Source of the DNA: Thermoanaerobaculia bacterium
GTDB taxonomy: Bacteria; Acidobacteriota; Thermoanaerobaculia; Multivoradales; Multivoraceae
Direction: 5' to 3'
Length of the DNA: 64,000 bases
NCBI GenBank assembly: GCA_963664405.1
Contig: OY761158.1
Location: 5,376,001-5,440,000, forward strand
The notes below the pieces were generated by a model that saw only the letters and a list, made by a program, of their open reading frames with translations, searched no databases and was not told the DNA's origin. Shown here in pieces: positions 1 through 9,182 of this stretch. Position 1 is the stretch's first letter, and every line of letters starts with the position of its first letter. Both the position numbers and the translations under genes were made by a program.

Positions 1-2
1 CC

Positions 3-494
3 GCCGGCCCGCTGGTTCGACTCGAACAGGTGAGCCGGCTCCGGCTGGTGACCCATGTCTCGGAGACCTACACGGGCGGTGACCTCGTGGGTGCCAAGGT
101 GAGTTTTTCCGTCTCCGCCCATCCCGCGGTGACATTCGAGGCCGAGGTGTCGCGCCCGGCTCTATCGATCGACCGGGCGACCCGAACCATGGCGGTGGAA
201 GCCGATGTCGATAACGCCGACGGCCGTCTTGCTCCCGGGATGTACGCCCAGGTCTCCTGGCCGCTGCGACGAGCTCAGAAGAGCCTCTTTGTGCCACGCT
301 CGGCGGTCGTGGAAAATACAGAGAGGGTCTTCGTCATCCGGGCGGCGACCGGCGGGGCGGAATGGGTGGATGTCCGGCGCGGCGTCTTCCAAGAGGATCG
401 AGTGGAGGTCTTCGGCGAGCTGGCGGCGGGTGACCGCATCGTCGCCCACGGAACCGACGAGATCCGCCCCGGGGCGCAGCTCACCTCGCGCTGA
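3..494 (+). CDS. RND efflux periplasmic adaptor (MFP) subunit, C-terminal part (5' truncated by window)
   Basis: MFP C-terminal motifs IDRATRTMAVEADVDNADGRLAPGMYA, VPRSAVV, GDRIVAHG. Confidence 0.85.
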   Translation, partial: AGPLVRLEQVSRLRLVTHVSETYTGGDLVGAKVSFSVSAHPAVTFEAEVSRPALSIDRATRTMAVEADVDNADGRLAPGMYAQVSWPLRRAQKSLFVPRSAVVENTERVFVIRAATGGAEWVDVRRGVFQEDRVEVFGELAAGDRIVAHGTDEIRPGAQLTSR

Positions 495-596
495 GGTACG
501 CGGGTCTCGAGCCCCGCAAGGCGCGGGCGTCGCTCTTCCAATCCCTCGGAGCCGATGCTCCACCATCCGCCAAACCCCAGTAGCTCCACTTGGCTC

Positions 597-658
597 TACT
601 GAATACTGAATACTGACTTACTTCTTCCTTCTTCCTTCTTACTTCTTACTTCTTACTC
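597..658. repeat. Short tandem heptamer repeats (TACTGAA, then TT(A/C)CTTC)
   Basis: tactgaa tactgaa tactgac ttacttc ttccttc ttccttc ttacttc ttacttc ttact, between convergent genes and running into the nadC stop. Confidence 0.75.
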
Positions 659-1506
659 TCTCCCGGAAAATCCAGCGCCACATCCAACGCCGTCACACTG
701 TGAGTCAGACCCCCGATGGAAAGCACGTTCACTCCGGTGGCGGCAATTTCGGCGATGTTGGCGAGAGCGATACCCCCCGACGCCTCCAGCGTCGCCCTGC
801 CGTCGTTGATACGAACGGCCTGGCGTAGCTCGTCGAGGGACATGTTGTCGAGGAGGACTAAGTCCACACCGAGCTCGAGGGCTTCTTCGAGCTGAGCGAG
901 CGAGTCGACCTCGGCTTCGATCTTGACCATATGGCCGACCCCGGCTTGCGCTCGCTCGATCGCTTGGCGCAGGCCGCCGGCGAAAGCGACGTGGTTGTCT
1001 TTGATCAGCACCGCGTCGTCGAGGCCGAAGCGGTGGTCTGTGGCACCCCCGACGCGGAGGGCGTATCGCTCCAGCAGACGCAGACCTGGAGTGGTCTTGC
1101 GTGTGCCGGCGATGACGGCGCCGTGTTTGGCAGCCTCAGCCGCCGCGTCTCTTGCCGCCGTAGCGATGCCGCTGAGACGACCGAGAAGGTTGAGCGCGAC
1201 CCGCTCGCCGCTGAGAATGGCGCGCGCCTGACCGCTGAGGCGCGCCACGGTCGTACCCGACTCGACGTCGCTGCCATCGTCGACGCGGGCTTCGGTGTCG
1301 AGTTGGGGGTCGAGCAGGCGAAGGGTGTCGAGCGCGATGCGGATACCCGCGATGCGACCGCTGCCGCGACTCACCAGCTCGGCGGTGGCCTCCTCTCCCT
1401 CGGGCACGATGGCGTCGGTGGTCAGGTCTCCCGACCCGCCGAGATCTTCTCGGAGGGCGGAGCGGAGGAGGTCGAGGTAGAGCAGCGGATGAGGGTGACG
1501 AGTCAT
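646..1506 (-). CDS. nadC: Quinolinate phosphoribosyltransferase (decarboxylating)
   Basis: EDLG..GDLTT, GERVALN, TRKTTPGLR, HRFGLDDAVLIKDNH, LLDNM, EASGG motifs. Confidence 0.97.
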   Translation of the reverse strand: MTRHPHPLLYLDLLRSALREDLGGSGDLTTDAIVPEGEEATAELVSRGSGRIAGIRIALDTLRLLDPQLDTEARVDDGSDVESGTTVARLSGQARAILSGERVALNLLGRLSGIATAARDAAAEAAKHGAVIAGTRKTTPGLRLLERYALRVGGATDHRFGLDDAVLIKDNHVAFAGGLRQAIERAQAGVGHMVKIEAEVDSLAQLEEALELGVDLVLLDNMSLDELRQAVRINDGRATLEASGGIALANIAEIAATGVNVLSIGGLTHSVTALDVALDFPGESKK

Positions 1507-3113
1507 CCGCGACTCGCTACCGCGCTCACTTCGAGCCTTTCGCTCTCTACTTTGTCGTGAAGAGGGATGTAGCGCGGGCTAGAGCCGTCAACATCAGTTC
1601 CGATCGAGTCCGATCGGACGTGGCTGCCGCAGGTCTCGCGGCGCGCAGCGGCGGCGACGAGGAGGTGTCGGGCGACCGTCGTCAGGTTGCCGAGCGTGCC
1701 GTTCGAGCTGCCGTACTCCGCCTCGATCTCCTCGATTGCGGCCAAGGCTTCAGCGAGCCCCTCGGCGTTGCGCACCAATCCCGCGTGTGCCCACATCAGC
1801 CGTCGCAGACGTCGTCTCGCTGCCTCCGGGGAGGTGTCGACCCATTTGCCGACGATACGGGTCGGTTGGATCTCGGAGCCCTCGCCGTTGAGCCCCCATC
1901 CGCTGCTGGGAGTGACCAAGCACGCCTTGATGTCCTTCGCCGTCTGCGAGCCGAAGACAATGGCCTCGAGCAGAGAGTTGCTCGCCAGGCGGTTGGCTCC
2001 GTGAGCTCCGGTAGCGGAGACTTCGCCGCAAGCCCAAAGCCCGGGCAGGGTGCTTCGCCCCCGGGGGTCGACGGCGATGCCACCCATCAGGTAGTGGGCT
2101 GCCGGGGTGATGGGAATGAGCTCTCTGGCGGGGTCGATGCCGGCGGCGATGCAGTTCTCGTAGACGGTGGGGAAGCGCTCGGCGATGCTCTCTCCGAGGC
2201 ACTCTCTGACATCGAGGAAAACCCGGTGCCCCTCCTGCTGATGAGCGAAGAGGGCGCGCGCGACGAAGTCACGCGGTGCGAGCTCGGCGTCGGGATGGAG
2301 GGCGGCGAGAAAGCGCTGGCCGGACTCGTCGACAATGGATGCGCCCTCGCCACGAAGGGCCTCGGTCAGGAGCGGAAGCGGGTCGGCCTCGGTGGCCAGC
2401 GCGGTGGGATGAAACTGGACGAATTCGAGGTCGACCAAGTCGGCGCCGGCGCGAGCCGCCATCGCGATGCCGTCGCCGGTGAGCTCTTCCGGGTTGGTGG
2501 TGTGCAAGAAAAGCTGCCCAGCCCCTCCGGTGGCGAGTACGACCGCCTGGGCCCGGATCCGGAGCGGCGGTTGGCCGTCGCCGAGATCGACGACGACGCC
2601 GACTACGCGACCCTCTTCCACGATCAGCTCGGTGGCGAAGGCCTGCTCGACGATCTGCACTCCGTGCTGAGCGAGTACTGCCTCACTCAGGGACCGAACC
2701 ATTTCCAGACCGGTTGCGTCGCCACCTGCGTGAACAATTCGCCGTCGATGGTGCCCGCCTTCCATGCCGAGTGCGAGCCTGCCCGTGGGCGTGCGATCGA
2801 AGCGGGTTCCCATGGCTTCGAGCTGCCGGATCGCGGCGGGCGCCCTGCGGGTCATCAGCCGCACGATGTCCGGGTTGTTGAGGCCTCCACCGGCCGCGAT
2901 GGTGTCCTCGGCGTGGAGCTCCGGGCTATCTTCTCGGTCGACCGCGGCGGCAATACCGCCTTGCGCGAAGGGGCTGGAGCCGCCGACGCCGAAGGGTGTC
3001 TTGGTGACCAGGGTGACCCGCAGCGGCGCGAGCTCGAGTGTGGTTCTCAGCCCGCCGACCCCGGCACCGACAACGACGACGTCAGTGTGCTGTGTGTTCT
3101 CTTCAGCTCTCAT
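1503..3113 (-). CDS. nadB: L-aspartate oxidase
   Basis: GAGVGG FAD motif, [43 protein letters not shown]; start set at ATG 3113 overlapping the nadA stop (ATGA). Confidence 0.96.
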   Translation of the reverse strand: MRAEENTQHTDVVVVGAGVGGLRTTLELAPLRVTLVTKTPFGVGGSSPFAQGGIAAAVDREDSPELHAEDTIAAGGGLNNPDIVRLMTRRAPAAIRQLEAMGTRFDRTPTGRLALGMEGGHHRRRIVHAGGDATGLEMVRSLSEAVLAQHGVQIVEQAFATELIVEEGRVVGVVVDLGDGQPPLRIRAQAVVLATGGAGQLFLHTTNPEELTGDGIAMAARAGADLVDLEFVQFHPTALATEADPLPLLTEALRGEGASIVDESGQRFLAALHPDAELAPRDFVARALFAHQQEGHRVFLDVRECLGESIAERFPTVYENCIAAGIDPARELIPITPAAHYLMGGIAVDPRGRSTLPGLWACGEVSATGAHGANRLASNSLLEAIVFGSQTAKDIKACLVTPSSGWGLNGEGSEIQPTRIVGKWVDTSPEAARRRLRRLMWAHAGLVRNAEGLAEALAAIEEIEAEYGSSNGTLGNLTTVARHLLVAAAARRETCGSHVRSDSIGTDVDGSSPRYIPLHDKVESERLEVSAVASRG

Positions 3114-4153
3114 GACACGGTCTTCTCTGAGGGTCCCTTCGGTGCCCGAAAGTCCATCATTCGCTCGACCGCTCGCCGGGCGCGCCGGGCGATATCCTCG
3201 TCGATCTCGATAGCGTGGGTCATCGTGCGCAGCGAATGGAGGATTTTCGGCAGCGTGATCCGCTTCATGTGGGGGCAGAGGTTGCAGGGCCGCACGAAGT
3301 CGACCTCGGGGTAGGCGACGGCGACGTTGTCGCTCATCGAGCACTCGGTGACCATGACCACCCGCTTGGGCCGCCGGTCTCCCACGTAGGAGATCATCTT
3401 CGAGGTCGAGCCCACAAAATCAGCCTCCGCCAGCACATCGGGAGGGCACTCCGGATGGGCGAGGACGATGATGCCCGGGTCGTGTTCACGGTAGCCGCGA
3501 ATTTCCTCAGCCGTGAAGCGCTCGTGAACCTCACAGTGGCCTTGCCAAAGAATGATCTCCTTCTCGGTCTGGCCGGCGACCCAGCGGCCCAGGTACTCAT
3601 CGGGGAGAAAGATGACTCGATCCTCCGAGAGGGACTCGACGATCTCGACCGCGTTTGCCGACGTGCAGCAGATGTCGCTCTCAGCCTTGACGTCGGCGGA
3701 GGTGTTCACATAGGTGACGACCGGCGCTCCCGGATAGCGCTGGCGTAGAAGCCTGACGTCTTCGCCGGTAATGGCCTCTGCCAGCGAACAGCCTGCGTCG
3801 AGGTCGGGGATGAGGACGGTCTTGGTGGGGCTCAAGAGCTTCGCGGTCTCGGCCATGAAGTGCACCCCGCAGAGCACGATCACGTCGGCGTCGGCGTCGG
3901 CCGCCAGGCGGGCAAGTGCCAGCGAGTCTCCACAGAGGTCGGCTACGCCGTTGAAGATCTCAGGGGTCTGATAGTTGTGGGCGAGGATGATGGCGTTGCG
4001 CTCCTCTTTGAGCTCGTTGATGGCGGCAATGAGGGGTGCGTGAACCGGCCATTCGATCTCCGGAATGACATGGCGAACTCGCTCGTAGATGGCCTGGGTC
4101 GCGTGCTGGACGGCCGGGGTGAACTCGAGTGTCGGCGTGACTTCGGTGGTCAT
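3110..4153 (-). CDS. nadA: Quinolinate synthase
   Basis: [47 protein letters not shown]. Confidence 0.97.
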   Translation of the reverse strand: MTTEVTPTLEFTPAVQHATQAIYERVRHVIPEIEWPVHAPLIAAINELKEERNAIILAHNYQTPEIFNGVADLCGDSLALARLAADADADVIVLCGVHFMAETAKLLSPTKTVLIPDLDAGCSLAEAITGEDVRLLRQRYPGAPVVTYVNTSADVKAESDICCTSANAVEIVESLSEDRVIFLPDEYLGRWVAGQTEKEIILWQGHCEVHERFTAEEIRGYREHDPGIIVLAHPECPPDVLAEADFVGSTSKMISYVGDRRPKRVVMVTECSMSDNVAVAYPEVDFVRPCNLCPHMKRITLPKILHSLRTMTHAIEIDEDIARRARRAVERMMDFRAPKGPSEKTVS

Positions 4154-4164
4154 AGGCACCCTTC

Positions 4165-4185
4165 TTATGCTCAATACGAGAATAA
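4165..4185. promoter_or_regulatory. NadQ box 1 (21-bp imperfect palindrome)
   Basis: TTATGCTCAATACGAGAATAA fits the NadQ consensus ttATRCTCannntGAGYATaa; lies just upstream of nadA. Confidence 0.8.
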
Positions 4186-4225
4186 ATAGGCGTAAGAAAA
4201 AAGAGGAGCGCTCTCCTCGCTACAG

Positions 4226-4257
4226 TTATGCTACATGTGAGTATATTCACTTGTCAA
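4226..4257 (-). promoter_or_regulatory. NadQ box 2 overlapping a sigma70-type nadABC promoter
   Basis: TTATGCTACATGTGAGTATAT (4226-4246); minus strand TTGACA (4257-4252) -18 bp- TAGCAT (4233-4228). Confidence 0.75.
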
Positions 4258-5195
4258 GAGCGAGGCGGGAGTCCCGGAAGACCCACTCCCGGGGTCGGCC
4301 GCTCGTGGAGAACTTCGCGGCGGAAGGCGAAAAGCTCCGCGGGTCGTCCGCCGGTTTGCATCTCGAGCTTTCCGGTGCCTTCCACCAGGCCCCCATTTTC
4401 TACCAAGCGCCGAAAGTTTTGCTTGTGGAGAGGGATCCCGGCCAACGCCTCGACCACCCTCTGCAGCTGAAGCAGAGTGAAGGAGGGCGGGACTAGCTCG
4501 AAGACGAGCGGCCGGTACTTCAGTTTTCCGCGCAGTCGACCCAGAGCGGTAGCCAGGATCCGGCGGTGGTCCAAGGCCATCGGCAGGCCCGGTTGGGTGC
4601 GGCCGGAGCGGCTCGCTTTTTTCACCCGCTCAGTTCTCGCTTCGGCGATCAGGCCGCCTTCGTAGAGGAGCTCGTAACGATCGAGAACCCGTTCCTCATC
4701 CCACTTTGCGCCGCCGCTGCCGAAGGCGATCTCGACTCTTTCGGTGCGAAGGCCCGAGGGGCCTTCTTCTTCGCGTGCCCAGGACGCCAGGCGAGGAATC
4801 AGAACGCGATCGATCAGGCCCGGCCGGCCGCTGCGCCAGTCCTCCCAAGGCAAGAACGAGTACGCGTCACGCCATTCAGCGCCCCTGGCCGGACTCTTGT
4901 CTTCCCGTAGTAGGGCGAGGTAGGCAACGGACAGAGCTCTTCCGCCGCCGTCGGTGTCGGCCTGACGGTCGCGATCGCCGAAGGTGTAGAGCTGTTCCAC
5001 ATACCCCAACTCGAGCTCTGCCTGCTCTCGCACCCATCCACGGAGGCCGAGCTCCAGAGTGTGATCGCCACGCGGGTCCAGCGGGCCAAAAGGGAGAGCA
5101 GGCCGTCCCCCTTCTTCGAGGGTGAGGATTCTCGGCTCTTCGCCGGTGACGGCGAAGATAGCGGCGTTGAGGCCGATCGTGATCTCTGCACTCAT
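4254..5195 (-). CDS. nadQ: NAD biosynthesis regulator NadQ (Nudix-like + winged helix)
   Basis: LPFGP..HTLELGLRGWV..LGYVEQLYTFGDRDR, DHRRILATALGRLRGKLKYRP, HKQNFRRLVE, GGRPAELF; adjacent to nadABC with matching boxes. Confidence 0.88.
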   Translation of the reverse strand: MSAEITIGLNAAIFAVTGEEPRILTLEEGGRPALPFGPLDPRGDHTLELGLRGWVREQAELELGYVEQLYTFGDRDRQADTDGGGRALSVAYLALLREDKSPARGAEWRDAYSFLPWEDWRSGRPGLIDRVLIPRLASWAREEEGPSGLRTERVEIAFGSGGAKWDEERVLDRYELLYEGGLIAEARTERVKKASRSGRTQPGLPMALDHRRILATALGRLRGKLKYRPLVFELVPPSFTLLQLQRVVEALAGIPLHKQNFRRLVENGGLVEGTGKLEMQTGGRPAELFAFRREVLHERPTPGVGLPGLPPRS

Positions 5196-5950
5196 GCGAA
5201 GGGGCTGATTGAACGGGTGTTTGATGCCGCTGAAGCTCTCTCGGCGAGGTCCCCCTCGAGAGCAAGGGGGAGCGGCGTCCGTCCGAACACTGTACAGAAG
5301 TGATGGATGAGGGGGGTGGAGAGATCTGCGAGGCTCAGCGAGCTGCGGCAGCTCGGCGCTGCTCGAGACCGAGACCGCTCGGCGACTGAGGAAACAAGTG
5401 TCCCCGGCATGCCGCAGGCGACGATACTTTTGAAGTAGTCGAGATCAGTCGAGACATTGAGTGCGAAGCCATGAGTGGTCACCCAGCGTCGAATGTGAAC
5501 GCCTATCGAAGCGATCTTCTCTCCCTCGACCCAGACTCCGACCGGTGCTCCGTCGAGCCCCGGGTCGGCGTCGATGCCGAGATCCGCGAGGGTACGAATA
5601 AGAACTTCCTGCAGGTCACGGATGTATCGACGCACGTCCCTCCGATCAGGCTTGAGGTCGAGGATCGGGTAGCCCACGAGCTGGCCGGGGCCGTGATAGG
5701 TCACTTGCCCACCGCGGTCGGCGTCGCGGACCAGAACTCCCTGCTCTTCCAACCACTTCCTGTCTGCTAGGACGTCATCGGCAGCGGCGTTGCGCCCGAG
5801 AGTGACGACGTGAGGATGTTCGAGAAGAAGGAGATGCTCCTCGCTACGACCTTCGAGCACGTCGTCTCGGATCTTGTGCTGCAGGTTGGTGGCGATGTCG
5901 TAGTCGACAGTGCCGAGAAAGCCTGCTCGGAGCGGTGGCACATGGCTCAC
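5192..5950 (-). CDS. lipB: Lipoyl(octanoyl) transferase
   Basis: LLEHPHVVTLG, DRGGQVTYHGPGQLVGYPI, KIASIG, HGFALN, ACG; start approximate. Confidence 0.93.
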   Translation of the reverse strand: MSHVPPLRAGFLGTVDYDIATNLQHKIRDDVLEGRSEEHLLLLEHPHVVTLGRNAAADDVLADRKWLEEQGVLVRDADRGGQVTYHGPGQLVGYPILDLKPDRRDVRRYIRDLQEVLIRTLADLGIDADPGLDGAPVGVWVEGEKIASIGVHIRRWVTTHGFALNVSTDLDYFKSIVACGMPGTLVSSVAERSRSRAAPSCRSSLSLADLSTPLIHHFCTVFGRTPLPLALEGDLAERASAASNTRSISPFA

Positions 5951-6011
5951 TATGGAGGAGATTCTAGCTTGGAGCCGTCGGCTCGTTCTCGCTCCGGTAG
6001 GATCCCCACCC

Positions 6012-7163
6012 GTGACTGACGACGTTGGCACTCCGTCCCGACCCCTCGCTCTGCTTCTGACCGGCGGCGGCGCCAGAGCGGCCTACCAGGTGGGAGTGCT
6101 GCGCTATCTCGCGAAGCTCGACCCCCAGCTCCAGATCCCGATCGTGACTGGAGTCTCCGCCGGCGGCATCAACGCCGCATGCTTGGCTGCCAGTGTCGAT
6201 CGTTTCGACGAGTGTGTCGAGAACCTCTGCGACCTGTGGCTGAGCCTGGATCCCGGTAGCGTCTTCCGAGTCGATTCGTTGAGCCTCGGGCGCGGCGTCT
6301 TGAGTTGGCTACTGCGCCTCTCCTCCGGCGGATCGGAGCTCGCGCCCCAAACTCGAGGCTTGGTGGACACGTCGCCTCTTCGAGACTTCCTTGAAAAGGC
6401 GCTCAACAGCGAACAGGGGGTTCTTGGCGGCATTTCCCGCAACCTGGAGTCGGGGAGACTGAAGGCGGTAGGCCTCACTACGGTCGAGTATGCGACCGGC
6501 CGCACGGTGCTATGGACCCAGGGTGCCGAGGTCCAGGGCTGGCAGAGGCCACAGCGGAGGAGTGTCGAGACCCGCTTCACCGTGGACCACGTGATGGCTT
6601 CAGCCGCTCTGCCGCTCCTCTTCCCGGCGATACGGCTGGAGCACTGCTGGCACGGCGACGGGGGAGTGCGACTTACCAGTCCGCTGTCGCCGGCCATCCA
6701 CATGGGGGCGCGACGCATCCTGGCGATCTCGACCCGCTATAGGCGCACCGCTGAGGAGGCCGCCGATCCTGCCTTGGAGGGATACCCCCCACCGGCGCAG
6801 ATCGCGGGCGTGCTGATGAACGCAATCTTCCTGGATCTGCTCGACCAGGACGCAGTCCATCTCGAGCGAACCAACAGACTGCTCCGCCACGCCAACGACG
6901 CCGGGCGGGAGGATCTCGCGCATGTCGATCTGCTGGTTCTGCGTCCGTCGGTCGATCTCGGCAGGCTGGCCAGCGACTTCGAGGCCCGACTTCCACGCGG
7001 ATTCAGGTTCCTGACCCGAGGCCTCGGCACTCGGGAGACCAAAAGCTCCGACCTCTTGAGCATGCTCATGTTTCAGAGGGACTACGTCGAACGCCTGATC
7101 GAGATCGGCGAGGCCGATGCCGAGGCGCAGCGCGAGGAGATCTCTAGTCTGCTCGCCGTCTAG
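6012..7163 (+). CDS. Patatin-like phospholipase
   Basis: GGGARAAYQVG, GVSAG nucleophile elbow, DGG; start set at GTG 6012. Confidence 0.92.
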   Translation: MTDDVGTPSRPLALLLTGGGARAAYQVGVLRYLAKLDPQLQIPIVTGVSAGGINAACLAASVDRFDECVENLCDLWLSLDPGSVFRVDSLSLGRGVLSWLLRLSSGGSELAPQTRGLVDTSPLRDFLEKALNSEQGVLGGISRNLESGRLKAVGLTTVEYATGRTVLWTQGAEVQGWQRPQRRSVETRFTVDHVMASAALPLLFPAIRLEHCWHGDGGVRLTSPLSPAIHMGARRILAISTRYRRTAEEAADPALEGYPPPAQIAGVLMNAIFLDLLDQDAVHLERTNRLLRHANDAGREDLAHVDLLVLRPSVDLGRLASDFEARLPRGFRFLTRGLGTRETKSSDLLSMLMFQRDYVERLIEIGEADAEAQREEISSLLAV

Positions 7164-7325
7164 ACCAGCGTTTCCAGAGTTCGTGCTGCATAGCTCGAGG
7201 TCATTCTGTTCGCTGGCTAGGCGCGCTGACGCAGGCATATTGGGCAATATGTCGAGGAGGCGAAACGACGCCAGCGGGCAGAAGGGCCCGAGATATGTGC
7301 ACGAACTTTGGAAACGCTGGTCTAG
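7160..7325 (+). repeat. CTAG-bounded palindromic element, copy 1 (166 bp)
   Basis: CTAGACCAGCGTTTCCAGAGTTCGTGC ... GCACGAACTTTGGAAACGCTGGTCTAG with core GCATATTGGGCAATATGTCGAGGAG. Confidence 0.9.
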
Positions 7326-7341
7326 GAACCGAGAGGAGGGC

Positions 7342-8391
7342 TCAGGAGGTGGGCTGCGGGCTCCCTTCAGCTTCCAGCTCGCTCGTGTAGGTACCATAGC
7401 GAGCAGCTCCGTTGACCCGTGCGCGGTGGTAGAAGGCTCGCTGTGCGGCCTCGACTTTCTGGTCCGCGCCGCCCCAAGCCTGGAGCGCCGACGCCTGCAA
7501 GGCCCTGCCGTAGGAGAAGCTGAGCTCCCAGGGCGCGCCACCGATCTTGTTCATGGCATCGAGGTGCTGGGTGGCCTCGATCTCGCTCTGCCCTCCTGAG
7601 AGGAACACGATCCCCGGAAGATCGGCTGGAACAGTGCGGAGAAAGCAGTCGATCGTTGCTTGCGCTACTTGTTCGACGCTCGCTTGTTGCTGGCAATCTT
7701 TGCCGGCGATCACCATATTCGGCTTCAGCAAGATGCTACGCAGAGGCACCCGCTGGGCGTAGAGCTCGGCGAAGGTTCGCTGCAGAGTGCGCTCGGTCGC
7801 CCTGAAGCAGTCTTCGAGGCTGTGGGCGCCGTCCATGAGTACTTCTGGCTCGACGATCGGCACCAAGCCCTGCTCGACGCAGATCGCGGCGTAGCGGGCC
7901 AGGGCATGGGCGTTGGCGTCCAGGCAGTAGTCGCTCGGTAGCCCCTCGGTCTGGTCGATAGCGATCACGGCGCGCCACTTGGCGAAACGAGCGCCGAGCT
8001 CCCGATACTCCGCGGCTCGCTCGCGGAGACCGTCGAGGCCTTCCGTCACTTTCTCGCCGGGAGCGCCCGCCAGTGGCTTTGCTCCTTGGTCGACCTTGAT
8101 ACCGGGGTGAATGCCTCTAGATTGCAGAAGCTGCGCGAACGGCGTCCCATTCGAGTCCCGCTGACGTAGAGTCTCGTCGAAGAGGATGACGCCGCTGACC
8201 AGCTCGTCGATGCCGGCGGTGGTGAATAGAAGATCCCGGTAGGCGCGACGCTTCTCTTCGGTGGACTCGACCCGGATCGAGTCGAATCGCTTCTTGATCG
8301 TCGGAGTGCTTTCGTCCGCCGCCAGAATCCCCTTTCCCGGTGCAACCAGGTCCCGAGCGACGGCTTCGAGGTTCGAACTACTTGTGCTCAC
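7342..8391 (-). CDS. Class I fructose-bisphosphate aldolase (eukaryote-type family)
   Basis: GKGILAADES, GIKVDQG, FAKWR, VPIVEPEV, LLKPNMV, FLSGGQS, SFSYGRALQ. Confidence 0.96.
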   Translation of the reverse strand: MSTSSSNLEAVARDLVAPGKGILAADESTPTIKKRFDSIRVESTEEKRRAYRDLLFTTAGIDELVSGVILFDETLRQRDSNGTPFAQLLQSRGIHPGIKVDQGAKPLAGAPGEKVTEGLDGLRERAAEYRELGARFAKWRAVIAIDQTEGLPSDYCLDANAHALARYAAICVEQGLVPIVEPEVLMDGAHSLEDCFRATERTLQRTFAELYAQRVPLRSILLKPNMVIAGKDCQQQASVEQVAQATIDCFLRTVPADLPGIVFLSGGQSEIEATQHLDAMNKIGGAPWELSFSYGRALQASALQAWGGADQKVEAAQRAFYHRARVNGAARYGTYTSELEAEGSPQPTS

Positions 8392-8448
8392 GGGTGCGTC
8401 CTCTCTGTCGGTCCGGGTTCATGATACTCGACCTCGAGGGGACTCTCC

Positions 8449-8997
8449 TCAGCCTTGAAAGAGGCGGTCGAGGAGGTCTTCGACGATGTCGACTTCGGGT
8501 CCGGCCAGCTTCGCGGGGCCGACGTGGGCGATGCGAAACCAGGCCTCGTGATCTCCAACGGCCACCTGGCGCTCCTCGATGAGCTGGGGTGACCGTGCCG
8601 CAACTACGGGGAGACGAACGAGGTCGGCGGTGGCTGGCGAGTCCGTCGCCGGGGCCGGAACCGCCCCTACGCAGGGCGTCAGAATCTCCCCTTGGATCGT
8701 CTCGACATCATCCAGCTGACCGAGTTTCAACACCGTGGATGTGTCCGTGCCGACCTCGGCTGCCGCCTCTTCCGCGCTCTGCCAGGGATCGTCTCCGGTG
8801 AGCGGAGCCTGGGCAAAGACGGCTCCGCCGCGCGCGGCTTCGTTCAGGCTCGATCGCTGCAACAATATCCACAACTGGCCGTTCTCGACGAAGAGAGGCA
8901 CCAGCGCGGCATGGCGCTCCCCCTCTGTCGCTATCGGGCGGATCGGGATCTCGGCGAGGAGTTTTCGAACCTCCAGAATCCAGCTTTCGGTCACCAT
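8449..8997 (-). CDS. Nudix-fold protein (CoA pyrophosphatase-like) with degenerate Nudix box
   Basis: AALVPLF..WILLQRS resembles the NudL N-terminus; box reads FAQAPLTGDDPWQSAEEAAAEVG. Confidence 0.6.
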   Translation of the reverse strand: MVTESWILEVRKLLAEIPIRPIATEGERHAALVPLFVENGQLWILLQRSSLNEAARGGAVFAQAPLTGDDPWQSAEEAAAEVGTDTSTVLKLGQLDDVETIQGEILTPCVGAVPAPATDSPATADLVRLPVVAARSPQLIEERQVAVGDHEAWFRIAHVGPAKLAGPEVDIVEDLLDRLFQG

Positions 8998-9016
8998 GGT
9001 TGACGGACAATACCTT

Positions 9017-9182
9017 CGAGTGTTGTGTCTCCGAGATGGCTTGCCAAGAGCTCGAGGTCATTTTGTTCGCTGTCAAGGAGCGACGAGGCAGGCATATTGG
9101 GAATATGTCGACGAGTCGCGACGACGGCAGCGGGCAAAAGGGGCCGAGATATTGGTAAGCCATGTCGGAGACACGGCACTAG
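9017..9182 (+). repeat. Palindromic element, copy 2 (166 bp)
   Basis: CGAGTGTTGTGTCTCCGAGATGGCTTGCCAA ... TTGGTAAGCCATGTCGGAGACACGGCACTAG; same core as copy 1, different outer stem. Confidence 0.88.

Noticed and set aside
500-535. GC hairpin after the RND adaptor gene as an intrinsic terminator
   Set aside because: Imperfect stem with no U-tract on either strand.
1557-3314. 585-aa + strand ORF and many other long overlapping ORFs (e.g. 27204-28208, 55728-56879, 61776-63059)
   Set aside because: Stop-poor antisense or alternate frames typical of high-GC DNA, lying over genes with clear motifs.
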